From: Phoronis australis
Lineage: Eukaryota; Animalia; Phoronida
DNA: 64,000 bases
Direction of reading: 5' to 3'
NCBI GenBank assembly: GCA_002633005.1
Contig: NMRA01000060.1
Coordinates: 728,851 to 792,850 of the forward strand
Shown here one piece after another: positions 49,694 through 62,132 of the stretch. Made by a program: the position numbers and the translations under genes. The stretch's first letter is position 1. Each line of letters starts with the position of its first letter. The notes under the pieces were generated by a model, which saw nothing but the letters and a program-made list of their open reading frames with translations, was not told where the DNA came from and made no database searches.

Positions 49694-49839
49694 ATGGACT
49701 ATTATAATTTATTTTTAACTTGTACATACGTCTTTTTGCTGTGCCTAAATATCCCCGTGGATTGCTACGTACTCCACCGAAGTCGGCGACAGAGCGGAAT
49801 AGCACATCACCCCATATACTGGAACGAATCTAATCAAAT
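49694..49839 (+). CDS. Ephrin-family ligand, first coding exon; the rest of the gene was not found in the window
   Basis: MDYYNLFLTCTYVFLLCLNIPVDC (signal-like) then YVLHRSRRQSGIAHHPIYWNESNQ and AT|GTAAGT. PIYWNxSN followed by a phase-2 intron is the ephrin exon-1 pattern (compare ephrin-B2 LEPIYWNSSN). In-frame upstream ATGs exist (e.g. 49661). Confidence 0.85.
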
Positions 49840-50149
49840 GTAAGTACACTGCCTCTTTCACTGATGTGTCTCTGGGATGTCTTTAACTTGTTTTCAGCCT
49901 GAATTTTGTTTCGGTCGCTTGAGAAATGGCTAAGGCCGCATTAAACCGCTTTGCCCGTATCACAACAGACGTAAACAGACGCCAATAAAACATTTCGTAT
50001 TTCAAAAAGTGTTTCTCAACTTCAAAATTGTTGTTTTCTATGAGGCATTTAAACCAAATTGACAAGTTATTAATTTAGAATAAAATATGGTATGCACCTT
50101 ATTGTTTTGTATAAAATGCAGACAAAATAACTAGGGTTTTTGAGGCTCT

Positions 50150-50193
50150 TCCAGGTGAGTAGAGACAATGGATTGTCTCTTTACTCACCTGGA
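50150..50193. other. 44-bp near-perfect hairpin containing CAG|GTGAGT on both strands
   Basis: TCCAGGTGAGT-AGAGACAAT-GG-ATTGTCTCT-TT-ACTCACCTGGA. Confidence 0.85.
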
Positions 50194-50552
50194 CCTGTAG
50201 TGTTGGGATACTGGTGATTATTCCTGTATTTTTGTACTAGAGATTAAAGATCTATTTTGTGAAATAGTTATTTTCATTTACCTCTCCATTCTGATCTATT
50301 ACATTTATGAATGCAGAATTGTGAATTTCAACTTCAATTTTAGCCGAATCTGAAAGTAACCATTTTGGATTTGAATTGTGATTTAGAGCCCCTATAGACA
50401 CAACCAAAAATGAATAAATCGAATTGGCATGCCATTTTTAGGGCTTACACAGACATTTTTCTGTAGAAATTGGGATTCCCCCCTCTCTGGCAAACCTCCT
50501 GGGTCTGCCTGTGAAAATTTTACATATTCACGCTCATTCCGGATGCTCATGG

Positions 50553-50931
50553 GTTTCATATATTTAAGATATCACCAAGCAATGTAATTGTACTCTAAAT
50601 CACACCACGGTATTGTTATTATAAATATAATACAATGTTTATAATTTTAAAACACTTTACTTTATGCACTAAATTATTGAAATTGTTATAGAAGATTGGT
50701 TTCTGGGTTACGAAGTATTTAACCTGTTTCACGTGCCTATTTCTGGTGCTCAAGTGTTTCATATATTTAAGATACCACCACGCATTGTAAATGTACTCTA
50801 AATCACACCCCGATATTGTTATTATAAATATAATACAATGTTTATAATTTTAAAACACTTTATTTTATGCACTAAATTACTGAAATTGTTATTGAAGATT
50901 GGTTTCTGGGTTAAGTATTTAACCTGTTTCA
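50553..50931. repeat. Tandem duplication with ~203-bp period in ephrin intron 1
   Basis: 50553-50731 versus 50756-50931, with several substitutions and no N between them. Confidence 0.9.
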
Positions 50932-53376
50932 ATGGGTCCCAGTGAACAATATTTAATTTGCTTTAAAAGTTGAACACTTACTACTGGTGCTAAAAGTGAT
51001 TTTACAACTTAATTATTTGATAAGAAAATGAAATCTCTCTCGAATCACAAACCTAATATAAGAACAGTTTCTTAGTTATGCACCTTAAATGGCCACAAAT
51101 TTTCCCAGATTTTGTTTAAGTGTTGGACAGTTTAAATATCCTGCTCTATAACCAGCCCAGCCCCTGTGTACAGTCTTGTTGGTGTATTCAATGTGAAGCC
51201 CTATACAAAGACATTGTCAGGGACAGGTAGATTAAAGCCTGATGTCTGGGATACTTTATTTGGCTTGTTTTATCAGCAAACTCTACACTACAATACCAGC
51301 TATGTACAGCATGCAAGATTTTGTAATTTTGTGGGTTGTTATTGTTCTTGGGCTTTGTAAGACATGGCAAATTCCTTTTAGGTCAATGTTATTGTACCAT
51401 ACAAGGACTATTATTTTGATAATATTCCAAGGTGGAAGTTAAGCGTGTTTTTGAACATGAACAAATATCTCTTGATCAAATATGCAGTTGTGTGAAATGT
51501 GAGTGGATAATGTCTGATAGATGTTCCATCTGAAATGATCAGTTCACTGGTCAGGTCTTATGGTCGTTCGTTGCACCCCCAAACTCTTTTAATATTTTGA
51601 AAATAAACCGATATTACGTCATCGGGTAAGAATGCATCAATTGTCAACATTTCACACATTGATATATATATTGGAAGCCAGACTCCATAGAAGCATCTAT
51701 TGGTGTGTATAACTGGGTATAGAATAGTCCATTATAGAGGAGTCCCTTTAGACACCCTATCATTACCTACCAACATCTCCATAATCAATGCAGAATAAAG
51801 TGGTGCTCTTCCCATGGCTCTGATAGTAATAACTGAATTCTTTAGTCTGGCCAAACAGTTCTGACAATGGTTAATGACACCTGGGCCAGTATGGACTATT
51901 GTGAGCCAGGTGAAATGAAAGACTGGTCTAGGGATATTAACACAGGAAATTACACAGTTACAGACAGTGAACTCTGCAGGAGTCATTCCCTGGCTTTGTT
52001 TGTGATGAGCCTGTTGACATGTTTGGGAATCCAGACACTGTTCTCTGTTGTTACTGGGGCCTTTGTTGGGGAGAAATAGAGGGTTTCACTCTGGATTTGT
52101 ATCACTGCAGTCTCCTCACTAACATACTGATGGCACACAGTATGAAATGTGAGGGGGAAATACAGACCTTTTGATTTCCTTTACAATTTCATGTGTGGTA
52201 TCTACTAGAATAAATAACATTTATGAGATTACATCTTTTGACTGGCTACCTTCCTTTGTCAACCAAGTTGATGCTATCTAGCTGACCAGAAGCCACACTC
52301 TCATTGTGGCCTGTCCACTGACACAACCAGCCAAGGGCCTGCTGACACCCAGTTAAAGAACCCCTGCTGGTCATATCAAAAGCCCAGAGCTAGAAGCCAT
52401 GTTTACCAGGTTGGCTACTTATTCATTATAACAGCACATGCCTGGGGCAAGCAGGTTTATGTCTTTGAGGTACATCTCTAATTGTGTCCTTGTGGACTCA
52501 CCCCTATACATGGGCACTGGAGTAGAACTGAGCATGTGTTTTAATGTGAATTTTGACACTGGTCATAACTGGCATATTATGCAAGATTTCCACTAGCGCC
52601 CTCTATTCACCTGTTGATGATCAATCCAACCAGGAGTGTCTGCACCAAAAGCTGTGAGTCATTGGAGAATCATGGTGCATGTCTATCATCTTCCGACCCA
52701 CATTGAAATAACCATGGACATTCATCACTTCTTTTCTTCCTGTTTTTTTAAAATGCGAGGTCCTTTTTAGGAAATTTGTTTATGGTCAATTTACTAATTT
52801 CAGTCACTAATTTATTATGAGGACATAGATTAGAATTAAAGGTTTTCACTTTTTAAATTAGTTTTAAACTAAAGATATAATGTAGAATTGGAAATTTTGA
52901 AATACACAATCACAAAATTATATAACCATTTTAGGTGTAAAATAAAATAATACATTTAACATGAATTTTCATAAATTGCACTTGATGTTGAACATATAGT
53001 TTGTTTTAATTTCTAAAAAGTTCCTGGTATTGGATACTTCAAGCTCAAGATGTTTTGAATCTTATTAGATAAAATACCTTCAATTTCGTACACTAAAACA
53101 TTTTTTGAAATAGGGTCATTTATTTGATTGTGAAATAAGTATCATTAACAGAAAGTAATTCGCTTATGTCAAATACCTCGTGAAGGAAAATCCACTTGTC
53201 TCCAATCAAAATGGATTTCCTCCTCTTTATGACGAGTATTTTTAGCTACCAAATAAAGAGACGACTCAAAATATACTAGAGGTGTATTTATTCACTTGCC
53301 GAATTCAATTGGAATTAAATGTCTCTAAGTTTCAAAACCTGTCTGATATTGCCTGCCTAAAACATTCCATTTAGTC

Positions 53377-53420
53377 GGACACCTAGAGAGTATACCTTGG
53401 ACACCTAGAGAGTATACCTT
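53377..53420. repeat. Exact 22-bp tandem duplication
   Basis: (GGACACCTAGAGAGTATACCTT)x2. Confidence 0.95.
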
Positions 53421-54425
53421 GGTCGCTAAATAAGAAGGTAACAACAGGAATGCAGTGCAGTTGATGTTTAATAACTGTTGCTCTTATCTTGCCTTATCAC
53501 ACTTTGGATGAGCTGGGTGTGTGTACCCTGTTGTGCCAGAGTCTGCTTCTTTTCATCTCTTCTCCCATGATTAGGTGATAATAGCTTTACCTGTCTCAAG
53601 TTAGACAGGTGAACCCTCTGATAAGTATACCTGCACAAAATACTTAACTGGAGGTGATTGGATACTGTGTAGATAGAGATATTACCTGTGGCTTGAAGTT
53701 TTGAGCAAAACTCTTAAGGGGTTTAATTGTTACCTGGGGTGAAAGAGGTAGTCGTGAATCCCACTAGAAGAGCTCTTTATGAGGGCGCTCAGATTATGGA
53801 TGAAGGCCACATTGGCACTAATCCAATGACTTGAAAGTCCGATTGTGTGCAACCACCAGGACAGTGTCAGGTGAACTTTATAGTCTCTCCAATAAACTTC
53901 ACCATAAATACTTTTCATCTCAGTTTTCACTTCAACCACCGTGACGAGATCTTAGTTGAACATTTTACATCGGCCTTTAATTTGCAGATCCCCATGTCAT
54001 TTGAAACTCTGTAAACCTATCCCTTTATGGCAGATCACCCCAGTTCTTGTACTCATAATCGGACCATGCTTCAAGTTTATGCATTACAACAGGTGCTCAA
54101 AGTGCCATGTATATTTCTGGTTAGCACAAAATGGCGGATTTCAGACTCAATGTACATGCAGGCACTTCACTGAGGGCTGAGCTGAGGTTAAATGCAGTCT
54201 TAATCTTGTGAAATACTCCAAAGGGACGACATTGTTCAAGCTCAATGTGGCTACAAAGATTTTTACAGGATTTGTTCATGTTCAAGTGTGTTGATGTTCA
54301 AGTGCCACTCAACAATGTCATGTGACCTGCACAGACAAATTGGAAACTGTTCGCACCTGCAAGCTCCAGTTTTGGTATCTGGCAGACATCTTTTTTCCAT
54401 TTTGGAAATATTATTTGTACCTTGA

Positions 54426-55268
54426 TAGTGGCGGATCACAAGGGGGGGGGCCCAACATTTTGTCCGGCTGTAAGCATTTGCGCACACCGAACCACGATTG
54501 TAGATGCGCATAGCACCGAATGGGGGGAGGTCGGGAGGGGGGTTTGCCCCCCTCCCGCCCAGGAAATTTTTCTGTTTTTACCTCTAAAAATCAAGCATTT
54601 TCCTTGATTCATGAAGTATTATTCAAGAAAAAAAAAACGGAGAACGTGTCAAACAGGAAAACTGAATGTACCAAAGACTTGAACTCACGACCCCGGGGTT
54701 AGAGAGCGCGTGCGTTACCACTACACCACCACGATATAACTGGTACACTCATGCTAAAAGATCTACTTGTTTATGGTCCACAGCGTTTGCGCGCGAAACC
54801 TACTTCTTTTCGTAATGCTTATTACACGTTTTATATTTTGTGCCATGAATTCTTAACAAATTTGTCGTATTTAAAATAGTCTTCAAATGCCCAAAAGACC
54901 AAATCCGTTTTTCGAGTTGGCAATAATGACGGGATTGCTTTGGAAATCGTCTAAGTTAAGGTTTGACAAAGAGAGTATTGCGAGTTTCTGAGTGATTCAC
55001 TAAGGCTTCGATTGAAATTCACATCTTACCAGCAGCTTNNNNNNNNNNNNNNNNNNNNNNNNNNNNNNNNNNNNNNNNNNNNNNNNNNNNNNNNNNNNNN
55101 NNNNNNNNNNNNNNNNNNNNNNNNNNNNNNNNNNNNNNNNNNNNNNNNNNNNNNNNNNNNNNNNNNNNNNNNNNNNNNNNNNNNNNNNNNNNNNNNNNNN
55201 NNNNNNNNNNNNGGGGGGGGGGGGGGGGGGCCCGGGCCCCCTGGGCCCCCCCCCTAAATCCGCCTATG
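54426..55268 (-). mobile_element. Second, inverted copy of the 5-bp-TSD TIR element; contains gap 55039-55212
   Basis: TAGTGGCGGATC ... CTAAATCCGCCTATG; CTTGA at 54421-54425 and 55269-55273; 54470-55038 aligns in reverse complement to ~30615-31190. Confidence 0.85.
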
Positions 55269-58200
55269 CTTGAGTACTCAAACTGCTCCCTAATTCAAGA
55301 GTTTTTGTTAACAGTTTGGTAATTTATGAAAGACATTGTGTGAATCACAGTTGAAGTTGAGGGTCTTTGTGTTTTTTCCATTTCAGTCAAATTTTGCCAG
55401 TTTCAGATAAAAATAATTGCCAAACTTTTCTTTTTTTCAAGGGTCTAGTATTGTTATGAATGGCTCCAAGTTTTCAAAATAATGGTCTTGTGGTCACTGT
55501 GGTACTACATATATTTTATGAAAATTTTCAATTGTCCACCATATTAAATTGATGAGATTATGCCCTAGATTCACTGTCATTGCTGGTGCCAGTGTGTTGT
55601 GTCTTCTCCACCAATTAATATGTGCAGAGAACATTTATTAAATATAATTTATGTCATCTGTTGACCACGTGGCCAAAATTCTTGCTCTCCATGTATTAAT
55701 AACAACAAGCTGTCCTCTAATTGGTTGTTATTTTGTTGTTAGTCTAAGCAATTGAAGGCTATTGGATGACATTTAGTTTGTTATTGTTTTTCTTAACCTA
55801 GGGTCAGTGAATGGACAAGGTAACACTGTCATTGTACTTTATTCCAATCTGATTTTGTCTTATTTGAAGGCTTCATATATTTCTCAAGCAGCCATGATGT
55901 CAATTTTCAGAGTTGGGGTTATGATGAAGAACTATGGGTGTGTTTAATCAGCTTTTACTCTTGTGGCAACTTTACGTAAATGGAGCATTATGAATAATTG
56001 AAAATTAAGAATAGTCCAAATTATCTTTTAAAATGGTTGCAGTGTGTGGATTATCACCCTCTAGTTTGGTTTAACAAATTAGAAGTTAATTATCGTAAAA
56101 TCTTTGCCTGTTTGTAGCTATTGTATAGAACTTGGAAATGATGAAGAACTTTTTACGAAGGTATAAAATTTCACTTGTCTGCCATATTGTGTCCTAAATT
56201 AGTTAGATTTTACCATGCAACACTGATGAGACAAGCAGAATGTTGACTTTTGTTAATCCTAACTTGCCAAACATAATTAACAAAAGGCTGCCTTTCTATG
56301 TGGCTTTTACTTTCAAACCTTTACTCTCATTTGTTCACCAGGAGGGAAGAAGCCACAGCACTCCCTCTGCCTGACCAGTCAATTTATGTGGCTTGGTCTT
56401 TGTGGCCTCCCTGGGGGAAGTTATGGTAGATTGAGTGAAGAGGCTTTACTAGGATAGACTTGTTCTGACAATAGCCAAATGGTTCCAGTTGTAAACACAT
56501 CTCCAGTAGAGTCCCTGTAAAAAGGAATATCAAGTGGAAATTTCAAAACAGAGTTTTTGCTCACAAAAATAATTTCTGGTTTGATAGATGTTTTTAATAT
56601 TTAATTTCTTGAGCACATTCAAATCTGCTTGTGATTTATTAGACAAACAAACATTTTATTTTGCAATATTTTGTTAACAAGATTTAAATATTATGATTTT
56701 TACTGAAAGCCTGACATTATCAGGTTACAGATTTGCACAAAAGGTGTGTGGTGTACTAAAACAAAATTGGGCTCTTTTCAAATGAACACTGGTTTAATCT
56801 TAAAATTAAACACAACTGCGGGTATAAATCTCGACAATTGCTTTCCTGAAGACTTTTCATATCACTAAGTGAACCTTTGTCTTGCAGACTCTTAACTAAC
56901 AGGGTCTCCTTCAGAAAACAAAACAGTAATATGAAACCCGTGGGCATATGAAAATGAACCAAACTAATGGTAAACATTAGCCATGTTTTGAGAAATAATT
57001 GAATGAATTGGTGTTGAATCAAACCCTTTCAGGACATTTTGCTTATCATAACATATGTTTAAACCTACATCTACAAAAGATCTCATATTATTTTTAGTCA
57101 GATATTGAAAGCATTTGATTTGCAATAATATCCCATGGTAAATGGTAAATAGAAAGTTTGTGTATTACCCCAAGTAATTCAATATAAAGCCTGTCAGAAA
57201 TAAACCATTTTGTCTAGAATGTTTAGAATACACAACATTGTCCAAGGCCTTTTGTGGTCCTCAAATTCAAGTGATTAATGTACTAGGCTGACATGTTGGT
57301 CACTTTGGGATACAACACATTGATGTACTAACTGCCTCCAGATTGCATGTTGTGGACCCATCGATCTACCAAAATATCAAAATGAAATGAAATGTATTAT
57401 AATTATTTCATAATTTTCTAAAATTCAATATTTGTTTATTAAGAATTAATATCATTCAGTAAGTGTTCCTGGAGTTTTTAGTTACCAGATAAAAATTGTA
57501 ATTTTGCACCAGGTTTTCTCCTATATCACAAACTCAGAATATTTGAATAAGTAAACTTTCAGTCCATGTTTTATTTGTTCAAATTTTCCTCAAACTTTTT
57601 TTCTTTGTGAGGTGAAAGGTGCTGTAAACCGTTTATGCCTGTATTTTAAGCCTAATACTCAGGTATGCTTAAGGTGTTGAGATAATATTTAGAGAGCCTC
57701 CCACAATTGACTCAGTATCACAGGAGATCAGGACAGAGATCTGTATGTTGAAGACACACACCACTAGGTCCCATAAGTTGTGGTAACCGTGACTACATCT
57801 GGGTGAACAAACATTCTATTGCAAGTCTTTCATTAATAAAATACCTGGAATTAGAGTGATCTTTTTCTGAACTAACAATTGTTTTAGTAATTTCTCGTGC
57901 TTTCCGTGGCTATGTTGTAACTATGTATGAGATGTGCGATTGCATAATTAACATTCAGCTGAGCTTTGTCACCACAGGTATTGTCCTTGGCACGAACTGT
58001 TGTGTACTCACAGCCCAACTCCTATTTGTTCACTAACAGACAGCAAACTTCCACAGGCTACATTCAGCTAATAAACATAGGCCAAATTGTTGGCTCTACT
58101 AGCCTCAGTGATTCAAGATTTCATCATGCTAATAAGGTGCTTTGGGTTTTTAAAGAAGCATTGTTTGCTCATCACTCATCTTGTCATAATAATTGTAAAC

Positions 58201-61200
58201 AACAAGAGCTGATTAATTATTCTGTCACTCGTTTTAAACCTGATGACATGCAAAGTGTTTCCGGTGATCTAATACTTAGCGGTGACTTCTCTGAAATTCC
58301 ATCATAGCATTTAATTTTATTGTTGTGCTTAGTAAAATTTTTTAAAATGTGTACGAAATACAGTAATATCTCGCCAATTTCGGTCAAAAATAATTGCCAA
58401 GATTGATTTTTTTCTGTTTTCAAAGGTTATTACCATTTGTTGTGAACACCCACCATGTCTCAAAACATTGTTTGATTTGTACCTATGGTTTAGGACTTCT
58501 AACATACTGTAATAAAACATTTTTTTGGACTTACATATATTTCAGAAACAAAAAATTCCATTTATCCACCATACGGCGTTCCAAATGTTACTGGAGTGCT
58601 TGTTTTGCTCATATCTTGGTGTCCTACATTGCATGGACACTTCGTCTTTCGCAATTCTGTATTTGATTTGATTTTTGATTTTAATAATATCAAGAATGAT
58701 TGAAAAAACAGTGTTAATAGCCCAAACTGATGAAATTGTTTTGCGATGAACTTGATTTTGTCAGCTTTTACGTTAAGTTTAAAATTCTATGAACTACTAA
58801 CATTTCTGGCAGCTTGATGAAACGTTAATAACATTTTCTCATTGAACTGATCATTAATAAGTTTATATTTCTTATTGTATGCAGACCACACATATACCGC
58901 AACAAGAGATTTTCTGCTTGTTTGATTTTTTACAAATGAATCCCATGTAATGTGATAAACATCCCCTTCACACACAATTAAGTCCATTTTCTGCAGACAA
59001 GGATACATTTCACTAACCCCATTTAGCAAGGATCTGTATGTCGGCCATCTATAAAGAAGTCCCTAATATTATCAGAGCAAGTGTATGTTTTCAACATTCT
59101 GTGCTCATTTTTGTCCACCTGTACTGTCTTCATGCTCAAAGGCTTTGTTAGTGTTTTGTATAATTACAGTAGTAACAGACTTGTTTCTCACCATTCACTC
59201 TTGATTCAAGATTATCAAATTTAACCTCTTGCAAGTGGAACACATTTAATCCTATCACATCCTTTAGGTAAAGAGTAGGTAAACTTTCTTCAAATTAGAA
59301 TACAATATGGCGGAACACTAAAATTTTCAACGAGAATGAACGAGAAGGCTTTTTACTTGATTGTTTGAAAACTTCACATAGCAGGCACGCAACTTTTGGC
59401 AATTCAGTGAGCTTCTGACAAATGAAAAATGTCAATTTTCGCCATTATTTTTGTTTGAATTTGAGGAAACTTTACCATTCTAGATATTGCATAAAAATGG
59501 AGAGAAGGTCTTTATTCTATTGAGAACGAGGTTTGCAAAGTTATTTTGCACTAAATGTTAGTCTGCAGGCGTGTTCAGTTTATCTCTTATTGTGATCAGC
59601 CAACCGTTAAAGGTAGACAAGGAAAATAATGATGAAAAGCTACAGAACAGCTAAAATTATATCGTGTCAAATTGGTGGAATTCTCTACAGATACCAAAGG
59701 ATATTGAACCTGCCAAAAAGATGTATTAGTTTTTGATGACGTGCTTTAGAAGAGCCTTGATTAGCTTGTGCATAAGTTAGGATGAGTGTTCAGTTTTATC
59801 ATTGTAGTCACTAGGGCATATAGGTAATTACAAGGCATGGCTTGATTTGTTATTTGAGTTCCCCATTATTATGTAGCTTTATAACAAAGCCCTAAGTGAC
59901 AGTCGGACATTTTTTCTCAGTCCTATCAGACTTGTTGTCTCCTGTCTGTTCAGAATAACGCGTCATGTGATTCCTGCGCGACAAGTCAGTGTTTCACGCA
60001 ATAATTAGGATGAAATTGGTGCCGTTATAAATTCATGACAAATCTCAAAAGTACAACTTGTCTACTTTTTGTCTGGTAGTATCAAGATACTTGTGATGTT
60101 TTGGGAATTAAAGCTTCACTTCCTCTTGTTTAGCTTGCTTAAAATGTGATACTCCTTACCCTGATAAAAGTCTATTTCCATTACCAACAAGAACATTAAA
60201 ACCATCAGACAGGCTTCAGAGTTTAATGGGATTAGCCAACCCTAATATTGCAGATTCAAAATTGGTGCATATAGACAGTGATGACCTGAGTTTACATAAT
60301 GTTCAAACTTTGACATCAGCATGGTGTCAGTTTGTTTCTATCTAATACTACAGGAGAGCTGTGAAGAATAATCTAATATTCAAGGGTAGCCTGTCCCTGG
60401 GGCCTGCTAGTGGTCCCTGTATTGATGTGGTACACCAGAATGCTGCTGGTGATAGTTAACTCTGTATGATGTGAGGTCTGCTGGCACCTAATACCCACTT
60501 TAAGACTTGTTTAAACCACTTGAAATGTTGATCTCAGCTCTTGAAATGAGCAATCAATGCTGCTGATACTCAATATTAATACTCTTGAGATGGTACATTC
60601 TCGTGACATTATTTCTCGCCAAAGGTGTAACGTGACTATGAATTGTTGCCTTTGTGTTGGGAGCTCAAGTTTGCTGTATTTTCTAGCTACTACAGAATCC
60701 CTTGGACTGCAACAATTCTGGCTGATCATGTCATTGTGTCACCAATGGAGGTAGACTTCTCGGACAATCAAACTCCTTCTGCTTGTTTTTCTATTGATTC
60801 TTATCCAATAAAATGTCTGACAAAGGCCCTACACAAATATCGAACAGTTGATCACGTGACCCTCAGTCATTTCCTGCACTGTTACTGTGTCGGCGACTAC
60901 ACATTTTCTATTTGCTCACTTTGTTTTACGCTTTTCTTCATACCTAGTCCCATTGTTGCACAGTCTGCGGCCAAAATGGCAGCACAGAGAGCCTGTTATT
61001 GACCGAGTCCCTGTCTCAGTGTCAATAAAAAACATGTCTCCGCATACCTGATACTCAATCAATGGCAGTAATTGTCTGCCCTTGTATAGCTATACCTACT
61101 AATGTCAACATTGAGAGTCGCAACCAGCAATCTTATGGTCCCATTATCTTATTCTATGATTGTCCAGATCCATGCAGTGGTCCCATTGGCAGACCGGCAT

Positions 61201-61417
61201 TAAATGTTTGAAAACAGATTTTGAAATGTGATTTAGCAAACTGAATTTAACTTTATGTACCAGAGAAATCAGAAACTTTGGAAAGTTACTATTCCCTTGT
61301 TTTATGTTGATACCGACTGCGAGGACCTCTGCTGTGTAAGTGACTGTTAAAACTATTATCCTAATGAAAGAAATAAATACAAGGAATGAGCCAATCCCAT
61401 GTGAACTGACCTGCTCT

Positions 61418-62132
61418 TTTAGACTCCACACAGTCTGCCATGTGAATGCAGGGCAGAAACAAAACAGGTGTATAATGATTTCAATTTAGTTTCTGTTTGA
61501 TTGGTAATTGTGTCTAATTTTTCTCATTTAATTGGACAACTATAAGGTTATTAAGGACATTTAATTAAAATTAATTTAACGTCTTTTCATTGGACTTGCC
61601 ATGTTTACTTAGCCTCCTGATTTGAATTGTTGACTCATTCAGTGACTAGGAAAATATAAACATCAGCTCAACTCCAACAAATCGGTTTTTATTCAAAGGG
61701 AAAAAAGAGATTTTCTATGNCTTTACTTCGATGGTCATTAACTACCGAAGCCAGTATGAACGGTCCAGTTAACTGCGCTGTTTACGTCGACGCTCCGCTC
61801 AGACCGGAGTTAAGTCAATATGAAAGGGCCTTTAGACTCCACACAGTCTGCCATGTGAATGCAGGGCAGAAACAAAACAGGTGTATAATGATTTCAATTT
61901 AGTTTCTGTTTGATTGGTAATTGTGTCTAATTTTACTCATTTAATTCGACAACTATAAGGTTATTAAGGACATTTAATTAAAATTAATTTAACGTCTTTT
62001 CATTGGACTTGCCATGTTTACTTAGCCTCCTGATTTGAATTGTTGACTCATTCAGTGACTAGGAAAATATAAACATCAGCTCAACTCCAACAAATCGGTT
62101 TTTATTCAAAGGGAAAAAAGAGATTTTCTATG
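61418..62132. repeat. 302-bp near-identical direct duplication (61418-61719 / 61831-62132) across a single-N join
   Basis: N at 61720 and about two substitutions between copies. Probably uncollapsed haplotype overlap. Confidence 0.9.
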
